From Octopus vulgaris (Eukaryota): 64,000 nucleotides of DNA. Shown here piece by piece: positions 37,819 through 50,900 of this stretch (within the stretch, counting starts at the first letter, position 1; each line of letters starts with the position of its first letter). A model generated the notes under the pieces. That model had not been told where the DNA came from. It saw nothing but the letters and a program-made list of their open reading frames with translations, and did not search any database. The DNA lies in contig OX597833.1 in assembly GCA_951406725.2 (NCBI GenBank), positions 71,734,001 through 71,798,000 of the forward strand. The letters run 5' to 3'. Position numbers and translations under genes: made by a program.

Positions 37819-38547
37819 GTTTTTTCCTTCTTTCTTCAAATTTTCTTCCGTTTCTCGCCGAGTGTCTTCCCTACACCTAGGGCAGAGAAGGGCATTGTAT
37901 GCATTCCCAGATTACACGCGCACATTCACAGATAAAATATGTATTTGAAAATTAATAAATAAATAAATTCATGAATGGATGTTGTTTTCACAGCAATAAT
38001 GCTCTTCTCAGTACATGAGCCATTCCAGTTAACATGACTTTTTTGCACTTCCTGTAGGGATAGTAAGCCTGGTATCATTTTCAAATAGATTTCAGAACCC
38101 TTTTTTATCATTCCTAGAGATCCTACAATCACTGGTACTGTAGTCGCCTTGAGATGCCACATTTTTTCAATTTCTATTAGCAAGTCTTTATATTTACTGA
38201 TCTTGTTAAATTCTTTCGCTGCTATATTGCGATCGCAAGGAATACTCATGTCAATTAATAAACATTATTATTATTATTATTATTATTATCATTTATGGGT
38301 TTTTCTTCTTCTTTCAAATTTGCTTCCATTTCTTGCCGAGTGTCTTCCCGACTCCCAGGGCAAAGAAACTCATAGTATACATTGGTAGGCCATTAAACTA
38401 AACTCACTAGTTCGCTCATTTATTTATTTATTTATTTATTTTTTATAGAAATGAAGTTAAATTAAAATACATGGGTAGTAATAGTTCTCACACCGACAAT
38501 GCTCTTCTCAATACGTGTGATGTACCAGTTAAGACAATCTTTTGCAC

Positions 38548-38581
<34 letters not shown>
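37760..38581 (-). mobile_element. Two tandem R4/Dong-like LINE 3' ends in (TAA)n
   Basis: KISKYKDL..W..VPVIVGSLG..EVQK (37818-38263) and VQKIVLTGTSHVLRRALSV* (38291-38548), separated and flanked by TAA runs. Confidence 0.85.
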
Positions 38582-39285
38582 GCCTACGTGCACAGATGCA
38601 TGCAACACACATGTGTATATTCATGTCTTTAAAGAACACTGAGTTGTTTTCTCTGCCACCGTATGTATTTACACCAAGGTAGTCTTGGCCACTTGAGAGT
38701 CAAGTATCTTGACCACAGTGCTGACCACTTGACTACTTCTATATCCTGCACCAAATCACACTAATTTATACATCAATTAACATACATTTGGCAATTAGTG
38801 CAACATTAAAGTTAATTATATAACCTCCATAATTGAATATTTTTTTAACTGTAATTTTTCTTTTTACCAATTAACACTGATTTATTAAGGTCTTAGATAT
38901 TAATAAATAAACGCACACATACATACATACACATGCACACGCATATATATACAGATACATATACACAAATAGTCACACACATATACATACACATACACAA
39001 ATACAAATACACACTCACATATATATATATATACTCATACATATACACACATACTCACGTATATACACACACACATACTTTTACAGACACAAGCGCACAC
39101 ACACACACACTATATATATGTATATATTTCATTTTTGGATTTGGTTTGCAAGATTCTTTATATGAGTTCGTGTGTTGAAGCATATTCTGTTGTGTCTGGG
39201 GAGAGTCATTCTCTTTTGTTGCCTTATAATATAACACTCTCACCGGTAAACTTTTACTGAAAATGACTCTCTCCAGACACAAGAG

Positions 39286-39344
<59 letters not shown>

Positions 39345-39347
39345 AGA

Positions 39348-39402
<55 letters not shown>

Positions 39403-39731
39403 ATATGAAGTGCAATGGTCGAGTGGTCAAGGTATTGCACTAATAGTTAATAGGTTTCAAGTTCAAATCCACTTTGGGTATTTTATGTATGTTCTTGAGT
39501 TGATTGTCAGGAATATATGATAGTGAGGTTGATGATGATGATTATGATGGGGGATGCTATGGGATGCAGTGAGGTTCATGATAGTCACCACATGCACCTA
39601 AGAACTAAAGGGAGATGCATTTGCTCATAAGGATAAGGAAAAATAGTTTCGGTAGTTGGGCTGTTGATGGAGATTGTTAAAGTAATATCAAAAAGATTGT
39701 TTTACATTGACACATCACCACCACCACCACC

Positions 39732-39765
<34 letters not shown>

Positions 39766-40243
39766 TCATCCTTTACTGTCCATCGTCAACGTTGGCATGG
39801 GTCAGAGAGATTGACAGAATCCAATAAGTCTGAGGGACCCTATTGTGCCCCAGGGTCAGATTTGGCCTGGCTTCTAACACTGAATTCCCTTCCTAATGCC
39901 AATCCCTTTACAGAGTGGGCTGAGTGCTTTCTGTGTGTCCCCAGCAAAACAATGGACCCCAGGTAGGGACGGAGAACTTTTTGCTAAGAGAAAAATGAAT
40001 AGAATGGAGTGAAGTGTCAGAGAAAGAATGGCTTTCTTGTTGTGGTCAAGTGGAATTGGCACGACATGAATTGTGATGAGGTGTCCAACCCCAGGGAAAT
40101 ACAAAGTAAACTTTGGTTGGATTTGATCTCAGTAATAATGTCTCCTCTCAAATGAGTGTGTGGTGGTGGCAGTGATAGCAGTCGCAGTGATGGCTGGTCC
40201 CACCAGCATATGTGGTGGTGGTGGGGGGGGGGGTCAGTGGTAG

Positions 40244-40283
<40 letters not shown>

Positions 40284-41419
40284 CTTATGTTTAGCCAATT
40301 TTTTTCCCTTTGTCAAAAGTATCTGAGCAGTAAAATGCTTGAGGAAATATAAACTTGAAAGTGTCTCCTGGTAATTTTGGAACAGGTTCTGTGTGTCCCA
40401 TTGTTAATACAAAAAAAAAAAAATAAACCTGAAAAACATTGGCAGATTCCAAAGAGGATTTCATTGGCACCAAATCACACACAAAATGGTTTTTAAAAGA
40501 AGCACATAAGAAAAAAAACCGACTTTATCATTTAGTAATTTTAATAAAATATACTTACCAAAACTACTGCAGGCTTCCTAGATATTGCAATTCAAACAGT
40601 GTTCTGCAGGCAATGGCTGCACTTGGCTGCACAAACTGGAACAGGAGAAGGCGCGGGGGGGGGGTGTATATTATTGATCTGTAAATATGGTGGCTTAAAA
40701 AATCAATCAAAGCGCACAGTCAACTAAAATATTAATTGCTCCATTACTATTTGCGATTAACCTTGTGTGCATGGTGCAAATTGTCTTGTGTTTTGATTGA
40801 AGAAAGTGTGTGTGTGTGTGTGCGTGCGCACATGTATATGTGTGTGTGTGTGTGTGTCCATGCATGCACACACGGGAACCAGCTCGGCTGAAACGGCGCT
40901 CCACAGGTAAAGGGAGAGAATTACATGCGTTTTAATGTTTCGGCAATAAACAGGTTTTTTTTTTTTACAACTGCATCAATAGCGACAACAACAACAACTG
41001 GACACCTCCCCACCCCACTCCCTGCAAGGTCATGCACTGGGATGAGATCACCATGACACGCACGTGTGCCCCGTATAACCCTCACCGAGGACGAGCTGGC
41101 AGAAACGTTAGCACGCCCCCCCCGAAATGCTTAGCGGTATTTTGTCTGCCGTTATGTTCTGAGTTCAAATTCCGCCGAGGTCGACTTTGCCTTTCGTCCT
41201 TTCGGAGTCGATTAAATAAGTACCAGTTACACACTGGGGTCGATGTAATCAACTTAATACCTATGTCTGTCCTTGTTTGTCCTCTCTGTGTTTAGCCCCT
41301 TGTGGGTACTAAAGAAATAGGTATAAACCCTCACCAGACGGCTGGTCATGATTTGTAAACTGGGCTTTGTATATTTGTACCCCAGAGTCACTTTGATGAC
41401 ATGCGCTGCCCTCTCACTC

Positions 41420-41469
<50 letters not shown>

Positions 41470-41614
41470 TGATGAAGCGGATGATGATGATGTTGATGAC
41501 CAAGATGTAAACGTTGCAGTCTTTTTACTGTTACGAATTTTTATTTTTGTCTTTATTTTTTTACATCCCTTCAAATCCAATATTATCAATATTTTTCTGC
41601 CAGCCAAAACCACC

Positions 41615-41702
<88 letters not shown>

Positions 41703-42612
41703 CTTTCAGTCTCTCTCTCTCTCTCTCTCTCCCTCTCCCCCTCTCTCTCTCTATTTGTGACTCATTTTCCTTTGTTCTCCATTGATCAAAACTTGAATCA
41801 TAGATTTGCACCAGGGTGTTTGTTGTCGGTTGAATAGATCTCAAAAGGGGCCCTTTTGTGTCCATCTTCTGCACTTCAGGACCCTAACCCTAATAAAACA
41901 GCTTTGTCGCCTTGTAGTCCTCGTCCACTTCTATATTCTTCTGCTTCTCACATCAATATTTATCACCAGTGAGTGGGGGTGGTCATGAGGGAAGGGAGTC
42001 AGCTGGGAAATGGTGGTGGGGGGGGGGAGAAGGACGAAGTTTAGATGAAAGATGTGAGGCTTTGGTGTTGCCTTTCATGATGAGGATGATGATACGAAGA
42101 AGAGGAGGAGAATGATAATGATGATGATGATGATGGTAATGGTGGTGGTAGTTTTGATGATGTTGATGATGATGATGAACACAAATTTTTCTCCAGATCC
42201 CCTGTGGTTACATATAGTCCATACAGCTGTTTCCGTAAACACTCCATGCCCCCCTACCCTCGAAAACTGGGTCTTTGGATTCCTTTCTACCACATTCCTG
42301 GAAATAGTATTTGTTTCTATATTTATATTGATTTATTTATTAACAGCTTTGCTTCCCTTCTCTCCATATTTGCATGGGTAACGCGAGAGGCTGTTTTGCT
42401 GAAGCAATTATCTTTACAACTCATCAATAACCCCCTCCTCCTTCCTGCTAAACACTCAACCGTGAAGTGGCAGAGCCATCGGAGTGGAAACTGGCTGGTT
42501 TTCTCTTTGTCTTTTTGCCTTTTATACTCAGGCCAACTGGACTCAGCAGAGTTATCTACCTTGAGCCAAGGTTCCGTCCACTGACCATCATCAGGTGTTA
42601 ACTTATGGAATC

Positions 42613-42837
42613 CACGAGCGGGTACTGAAAAGATCCTGGCTTTAAGGGTGTCACGAAAAGCCTGACTGGAGGCCCAACTTTCTGAGTTCTTTTACAGGAT
42701 TTAGAAGATCTGAAGGACTGCTGCAATATATGTGTAAGAACCTGAGAGGGGAATATGTTGAATAAAATCATAATTAACTGATCCTCCTGTATTTTCTTTT
42801 ACCCAAAGCCAGGAACTTTTCAGCCTCACCCCTCATA
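42613..42837. mobile_element. mariner-like MITE
   Basis: CGAGCGGGTACTGAAAAGATCCTGGCTTT / AAAGCCAGGAACTTTTCAGCCTCACCCCTCATA degenerate TIRs. Confidence 0.65.
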
Positions 42838-43939
42838 ATACAATGACTTACATAGTCCAGTAATTAATACAGTCCGGTATAATAACTCCAACCGTTGCTA
42901 ATTCCACTTTCGATCATTTTAAAGTTACGATGACGGCATTTTCTCATTGTTATGGATGTAGTTTTAGTGGAGCAATGATAGTAAATGGCTCCGAAACCAT
43001 CTTGAAGTCAGGGGCATTACGTCCTTGAAGACTCTTCAGTTCTTTTCAGAAAAGCCTTTGAAGCAGAAATTCAGGAATTGATGGATGTCCTATACAACAT
43101 TTCTTGAGATAATCTCTGATCAGTCTTAATCCTTCAAACCCAGGATTTCATGTGTAGCACTTGGCAGTAAAGACCAACCCATCAGACTTGCTGGTCAAAA
43201 ACACGGAACCACTTTACTATATGGCTGCTATTTCTAACAGGTCAAGAAACCACGTAAAGGATTTATGGGGTCCGATTTATGTGTGTTGTTCCCATGGCGA
43301 CAAACAATCACAACTTCTTGTATGCCTGGCAACTGAGGCTGCCAAATGGTTAAAATTACGTAACTTTAAATGCGTCTAACATTTTTATTCATAATTTTTA
43401 CATTTCAATAAATAATCTGGTGAAAATTTGAAATGGTTGGAATACACTTAGCAAGATTCTCAGGAATAATTGAAAAGATTAAATTAATAAAATTAAAGAA
43501 ACAGATAATGAGTTAAAAAGGGAACCCGAGATCACTTGCAAAATAGGAACTAAATTCTCCCTCAAACCATATTCTCCCACTCTTATAAAATGGATTCAGT
43601 ATATAACATAAGTCCTAAATACACTCTGACAGGAGAACTATAGGTTTTGGGGGGAAAAGGGTTCAGCGCTGGAATATTTTCCATCCAATTTTTTTTCTGG
43701 GTCAGAACTGTCTTCGTGTTAAATAAGCAATACAGGAGGGAAATTCACAACTGGCTTTAATTACTAATTTTCACCGTTTTTGCTTCATTTTTATATCAAA
43801 CGTCTTTAAGAAATATATAAAGATCATAAACATTCAATCTTCGTTTCTTGTAAATCGGAAATATTCTCAGACTGTTAAAATTCATTCATCAGGTTAAAAA
43901 AAACAAAAACAAAATTTAATGTCGGAACAAAATTTATTC

Positions 43940-44590
43940 ATCTCTCATTTGCTTTGACACCGGCTACTTCCGGTTACACCGTCGTCCACGCGATTTCTCC
44001 TAGTTTCGGGTTTGGTTCAATTCTGGTAAGTTTCTTAAATTCTAGATTTCAGTCTCGTTTCTTATTGACTTCCAACATTTTTGTGAGTATGTACAATACG
44101 CACACACACATATATATAACATCTATATATATATACACGCTTTTATCGACCCTGTTGTGTACAATTCTACTTTCGACTTGACTCCGCATAAAACACGTGG
44201 GGATTATTTATCGCCGATCGAGAAATCCTTTCACTCTAGAATCGGTGCATCGTCGATTCACCGGCAGATCTTGCGTAATTTGACTTTCCCCTTCTTTGAA
44301 GAACTGTGTCGTTGGGTTTAAAGACATCGAAATTCTGTGTCGCGAAATAGTTTCCGATTTCAATAGAAAATGTTTTGTAAATAAACATCGCCAAACCTCA
44401 CCGAGGATCTTCCTCGGCGGAACTTTCAGCGTGATTCTCCGTTTCTATTCTCTTCAGCCGATCTGTCTCTCTCCCCCTTTTCTCGGTCTCTCTCGCTTTC
44501 CCCTTTCTCTCTGATTCTCTGTCCAAATACGCGGCACTGTGTCCCGTCTCCCCAAGGGCCACCTCTATATAAACAAACAAAATGGTAAGT
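43940..44590 (+). promoter_or_regulatory. Probable UTP4 promoter and non-coding first exon(s)
   Basis: Local CpG enrichment; ETS/GABP motif ACTTCCGG at 43966-43973; strong donors CTG|GTAAGT after 44025 and ATG|GTAAGT after 44584; the start-codon exon has its own acceptor at 47821. Confidence 0.65.
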
Positions 44591-47500
44591 GGACAAGGAG
44601 ACTGAATGCAATGGGGGTGGGTGGGAGACATTCAGTTTTAAAGTTTTGGAATAGTTTGACATGAGTGGGAGCAGCTGAAAAGGAAATTTTTCAAAAATCG
44701 AATTACCAAATATTGAGAACAGTTCGAAAGGAAAACTAATTTTCAGAAACCTTTTTGTGACAAAGAATTTCTATGTTCTTTAAACCCAAATGAAGAGGAA
44801 CACCACCCACCAAAAGATATCAGTTGTGTCATGTAAGGGTTCGTTAATGAATGGGGACAGTTTTAAAATATCATCTCTTGTAATCCTATTGAGTCTGTTT
44901 GCTTCCTCACTTATCACCAGCGCAGATTCCATAGATCCAAATTAACAAAGGCTCTCTCTCACTGTTCAGAACTTTGACAGATGTTTTACTCTTGACATCA
45001 GCAAAGTTGCCTATTTAATTCCTGTGTTTCCTGATATCCTGGATTCCAAGTTCCAGTTGGACCATTTCATTGCAGTTGTCCATTGACGAAACTCTGATCG
45101 AATTTCTATTAACCTACCGTCTGCCATGTTTCCCCACACAGTTTCTACACTGTTACTTTCAACCACAAACACACCACTTCACTTCTTGACATTCTTTCCC
45201 AATTACCCATAATGCCATTCACACATGCAACCCATGTGTCCCTCATCCAACTTTTGCTGCTTCCATAAACAAAGATCTCCCAAAACCTTGTTCTTGCTGC
45301 AAGGAACTTTTGAAATCTCATTCGACAACATCAAAACACAGTCACAACACACATGTCAAGGAAACTCACCAACAGCACTTTACTCTCCTCCCTCAACTCA
45401 TTGACTAAAAACCATCACAAACTTTGCCATTGCCACACTTCATAATCTCCCAAAATAATCAAATTGGCCAAAATTGCCCTTCAATCTTGTTGTCCTAAAC
45501 AACAGAAAGAATTCCTTCAGGTCTCAAAGCACAAGTGTGACCTCACCCCACACACACATACACCTACGTTAGAATATTGTTGATAAATTTGTATCAATGC
45601 AGCTGTTAAGTGTTGTAGCAAGAGTCATTGACACCCCCCCGGGGAGGTGGGGGATTGGAAGAATGCACTTGAACTCTTATAAAGAGCTGTGGTCAGTAGT
45701 AGTGAGAGAGAGAGCGTTTTGCTAGTCTCACAAAGTACGTTGTGTGAACACGTTGATTAAACCTCTGCTGCATAATGTATTGATTCCAACCTGTGACAGG
45801 AGATAAAATTAACAATACACACAACTTCAATGTACTCAAAAGTTTTCATTTCCCCACATTCTTCCTGCTACACCTCAACGGCCGTGCAAATGACATGACT
45901 CTTCATTCTTTTCTAACCATCCACATACAACGTAGACACTTCACACCGAACTTTCACCAACTCCTTAAACCTTGTAAACATAAAAACATTCTCCTGTCTT
46001 CTTCAACAGTACAAAGACAATCTCCCCCACGTCTTGTGCCTTTCTACTAAAGGCACAAGACCTGAAATACTGGGTGGCAGGTGGGGCAGGTAAGTCGATT
46101 ACATCAACCCCAGTACACAACTGGTACTTATTTCCTCTGAAGGAATGAAAGGCAATGTCAACCTCAGACGAAATGCTGCAAAATATTTTGCCTGGCATGC
46201 TAAGGATTCTCCCTTAAGCAAGATAATATTGTACCCTAACCAACACAACGAGCTGGCAGACACGTTAGCGCGCTGGGCGAAATGCTTAGCGGTATTTCGT
46301 CTGTCTTTACATTCTGAGTTCAAATTCAGCTGAGGTCGACTTTGCCTTTCATCCTTTTGGGGTCAATAAATTAAATACTAGTTGCATACTGGAGTTGATG
46401 TAATTGACTGGTCCCCTCCCCAAAATTTCAGGCCTTGTAGAAAATAATATTGTACCTTAACCACATATGTGAACAGCTGACCGTCCTTACAAATGCTTGT
46501 CCTCACTATCATTGAAGATCTCTCCAAACAAATTCACAGCCTTAAAATAGCCAAATCCAGAATATTCTTCAGGAATAACTTCTAAGCTTCCACAAAACTC
46601 AGTGGAGTTCACAATAGACTTCTGCTGCCATATCTGGGATGCTCCAAGATGTCTCTGTGCTTGCACACACACACACACACCTTGGAGTATATCCAGAAAT
46701 GAGTCACCCAAGTGATTGGTGTAGAGACACTTCTCAGTCTCTCGCTCCCTTATCTCTTACTTCTAGCCTGACCCTTGCTCCTCAGAGCTGACTCCTTTCC
46801 TGCCACTTCTACTACTCAGGCACTCTTCACTCACCCATCACTCATATGCTGTCCACTTCACTCCACATGTCTCTGGCCCCACACTAACAACCATAGCTGA
46901 TCTTTCTTCCTCCTCAAACTGTTGGCTCTCCCTTATTCTCTCTCCTTGTATTTTAAAAAACAATATAGGGTTTGTAAAACCATATTTGTCTGTCTGAATA
47001 AGCTAAGTGAGTGTGATGAAAGTTCTTTATTGGCCAGAGTGTTGTTGTTGTTGTTGTTTGATCTGAAGTCAATCATGATTGAGCAGATCAATGATCAAAG
47101 CATTCCAGATGTGGCAATCCTGTCTGTTCTATTTTCCAATATTGTGTGTGTGTTACTGCTTCCTTGTCTTTAACATCACAAGATGAAGTGTATAAATGGG
47201 TGTCACCATCATACAGGGGATGTCTTTCATTGCCAATCTTACCTGCATCGTCCTTTAACGTCCGCTTTCCATGCTGGCATGGGTTGGACGGTTTGACTGA
47301 GGTTTGGCAAGCCATTAGGCTGCACCAGGCTCCAATCAGATCTGGCAAAGTTTCTACAGTTGGATGCCCTTCCTAACGCCAACCACTCTGAGAGTGTAGT
47401 GGGTGCTTTTTACATGCCACCAGCAAGGGAGCCAATCAGGGGGCAATGGCATTGACCACATTTGGATGGTGCTTTTTACGTGCCACCAGCAAGGGAGCCA

Positions 47501-47838
47501 GTCGGGGTTACTGTGCAAATATATTTGGCCAAAGAAAAGCATTACCTTATTTGAAAACTGGTAATGGTTGGCTACAAGAAGGGCATCTGGCTGTAGATAT
47601 TCCATCACAGCAAGTTCCATCCAACCCCATGGATAAATGGATGTTAAAATGACGATGATGATGATGTGTAGCTGCGACTACATTTTCTAATTTTCCCTCT
47701 GCGTTTTTAAGAACAGTTTGGTGCCCCATGAAGGATGGCTTAGAGGAGAGAGTGAAAGCCTACATTTTTCATTCAAATGTTTTCTCAATGCTGCATATAT
47801 ATTTTTGTTTTTTTTTCCAGAATTGGAACCTTCCCAAA

Positions 47839-47942
47839 ATGGGGGACTTTAAAGTTCACCAAGTCAGATTTTTCTCTCCCAAAGTGTTGGGGATCCAGTG
47901 TTTCTCTTACAATGAATTAAACAAAAAGCTGGCTTTATCACG
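47839..47942 (+). CDS. UTP4: UTP4 coding exon 1 (MGDFKVHQVRFFSPKVLGIQCFSYNELNKKLALSR)
   Basis: Acceptor ttttttccag|47821, ATG 47839, donor CG|gtaaac, phase 2. Confidence 0.95.
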
Positions 47943-50900
47943 GTAAACTATTCATTACTCTCAGCTTTCTGTGTGTGTGTAACATGAAAATTGTTAAATG
48001 TAAAATGCTTGTGGTTGTTGCTGTTTTGTCCTGTGTCAGCTCTGGTCAAGCAGATCTGTAAATCAAGAGCATTCTGGCCATCTAACCATTTGACCATCCC
48101 ATCTTTTATTTAGGCATTGTCTATTTGGACTCAATACACTTCTAAGATAGATGTGAATTGATGGAATTTGGCTGCTATTTCTAGCGAATGGAGCGATCGA
48201 GTGGAGGCTCTTTTTCACGGCTCATTTTTGCAGTTGTGATGAATGACAATTGCAGATGTGTCTGTTTGGTTCACAAGTTTGTTTCCCATCCATGTGTGGC
48301 ACCTTGGGGAGCAAGTGTCTTTCTGCTACAGCCCTCAGCTGACCAAAGCCTTTGTGAGTTGATTTGGTTGAAGGAAACTGAAAGAAGCCCATCACTCTGT
48401 ATGCACTTTGATGGGAAATATCAGTGTGGGTGGATGGGGTTAAATGGAAAGGGACAGAAGTGGATCAGGGATCATGGATCAAAGCATAGGAGTGGTAGGG
48501 AGGGAGATGGGGGGCGTACATAAGAATTTTTTCATTCTTCTTATATTGATTTTACTCTTTAGATGTGGCCATGCTGGAGCACCACCTTCAACGGATCTTA
48601 GGTGATCTTATTAACTCCTTCCTTAATCCTTCGACTGCTAATTACTTTATAATTTTCAAAAATGCAAGAGCAACATTGGCCTAAAGGGAGATAATTCAGT
48701 TGAACGTCAAACGTCAGAGCAATTTTTTTTTTTTTATCTGGTTTGCATCGGTTTTCATCCAACTCTAGACACAAGAAGTTTGCTTCCCAACCACAGTGTC
48801 TCAGGTTCAGTCTTCTACAATGCTCCTGGCCAAATAGACTTGGTTAATAGACGCTGAAAGAAGTTTGTTTTATATATATATTTATATAGTACCAGACCAA
48901 TTGTTCAGGCATACAAGCCATGTGCAGGGGTGAGTGTCAGCCATAAGTACAGTGATGAATTTAGTGCACAAGTAGGAGTTCACCAGGGCTCAGTACTCAG
49001 TCCCTTCCTGTTAATCATAGACCTCCAGGCCATAAAAGGGGAGTTCAAGACTGATTACCCTTGGAAACTACTGTATGATGATGACCACATTTTTATAGTA
49101 GAATCAGAAAAGAAATTCCGGGTGTGAAAGCAAAACCCGGAATTAAAGGGTTTAAAAGTTGACTTTGTAAAGATCAAAGTTGTAGTTAGCAAGAAAACAT
49201 GGGATTCTCACCTGTCAGGTAAATGGCCCTTCTTGGTATGTGGGGAAGGTGTTGGAATTCCATAGAGTGTCACCAGTGCAAGCTAAGGACGCAGAAGGGG
49301 TGAACGGGACAAAGAAAGTGTTTGTGGCAGATGCACAAGAATAAGAAACACCAAAGACACTCGCAACAAACCACTTCCAGAAAAAACACTTTAGTCTTTT
49401 TTTATAACTGATTAAATAAAATCTTCTCACATTCTTTTCAGAACTGATGGCTCCATTGAAATTCTTGGAAACTGGTACAAAGAAAAGGTAAATTATTTTA
49501 GAATTCCTCTTTCCCTCAAGAACCAATAATGGTTTCGAATTTTGGCACAAGGCCAGCAGTTTTAGGGGAAGGAAATTAGTGAATTACAGCCAAACCCAGG
49601 ACTGAACTGGTTATTATTTTATTAACCCCCAAAAGGATGAAGGGCAGAGTTGGCCCTTAGTGGGTTTGATTTGAAACATAAAGGGTCAGAAGAAATGCTG
49701 CCAAGCATTTTGTCCGAAATGCTAACGATTCTGTCAACTCTGAAGAACTTGGAATGACTCTGCCTATTCCGTAAGGGAAATGTCTGAGATGTAAAGAGAT
49801 TTGGTTTGGAAAGCTCAGCGGAAGAACTCTGTTCTTTACTTTTTGAAACCTGATTAAATTGTTTATGCTGATTGTTTTCTTCCAGGTGATTCCCGGTGAC
49901 ATTGACCGTCCAGTTGAAACGATCATCTGGGTTGCCAATCGACTGTTTTCCGCAGGAGGCTCCGGAGAAGTTGTAGAATATGATCTTGTCAAGCTTGAAC
50001 CAAAAGTAAGGCATTAAGCTCTCATCTTTGTTTTAATTCCTCTTCGTTTCTTTCTTCTCCGTTGTGTGTGTGTTCTCTTGATATCGTGCGATGGTTGTAG
50101 ACAAAAGCAATATCATTCATTTCCATTATTCTGCTAAAACATGCTTAGCCATGGGGGAAATATTACCTTATTTGGAAGCGAGTGAGAGTTGGTGACAGGA
50201 AGAGCATCTGGTCTGCTTCACTAATCTCCATCTGATCCATACAGGCATGGAAAAGTGGACGTTAAGAACAATGAGAAAAACAGTCAAACAGTGTTGGCTC
50301 TCATTAATGTCAACCAATCTAATTAAGCTGTCTTTAATTAATATTAACCACTCTCTGTAAGTACACATTGGCTAATATTAATTAATCTATATCAGCTTTC
50401 ATTAATTAATCTAATAGCAAGTAATGACCTGTGTGTAACAACTCATATTCATTAATTTAATCTCTGATTTCTTTTGTTTTAGACGAAAGCCCATTGCAAC
50501 GCTGGTCCAATTTGGTGTTCGGTGAAGAATCACTCAAATACTCGGATTGCTGTGAGTAGATCTCTGTTAACTTCTATCAGTATAGAGTGAGGGTCAACCC
50601 TTTGTATATTTTCTGTCAGGACACTGAATCCTTCAAAAATTCCAAGCTTCCCCAAATTCCCCAACTAAATTTTACTAAATTCTTTGTTATATTTAAAATT
50701 AATTGAAAGAAAAAGAGAGCATCTCAACAGAAATATGGCAACAAAAGGGTTAAAAAGTTGCTGTTTCTAGTTGGTTGAGTAATTCTGTAGAGAATTGCTC
50801 ATAAAGTGTAGCTGAGTGGAGTGTGGTGTGTTGCTTAGCAATGTAGCTGAGTGGAGTGTGGTGTGTTGCTTAGCAATGTAGCTGAGTGGAGTGTGGTGTG

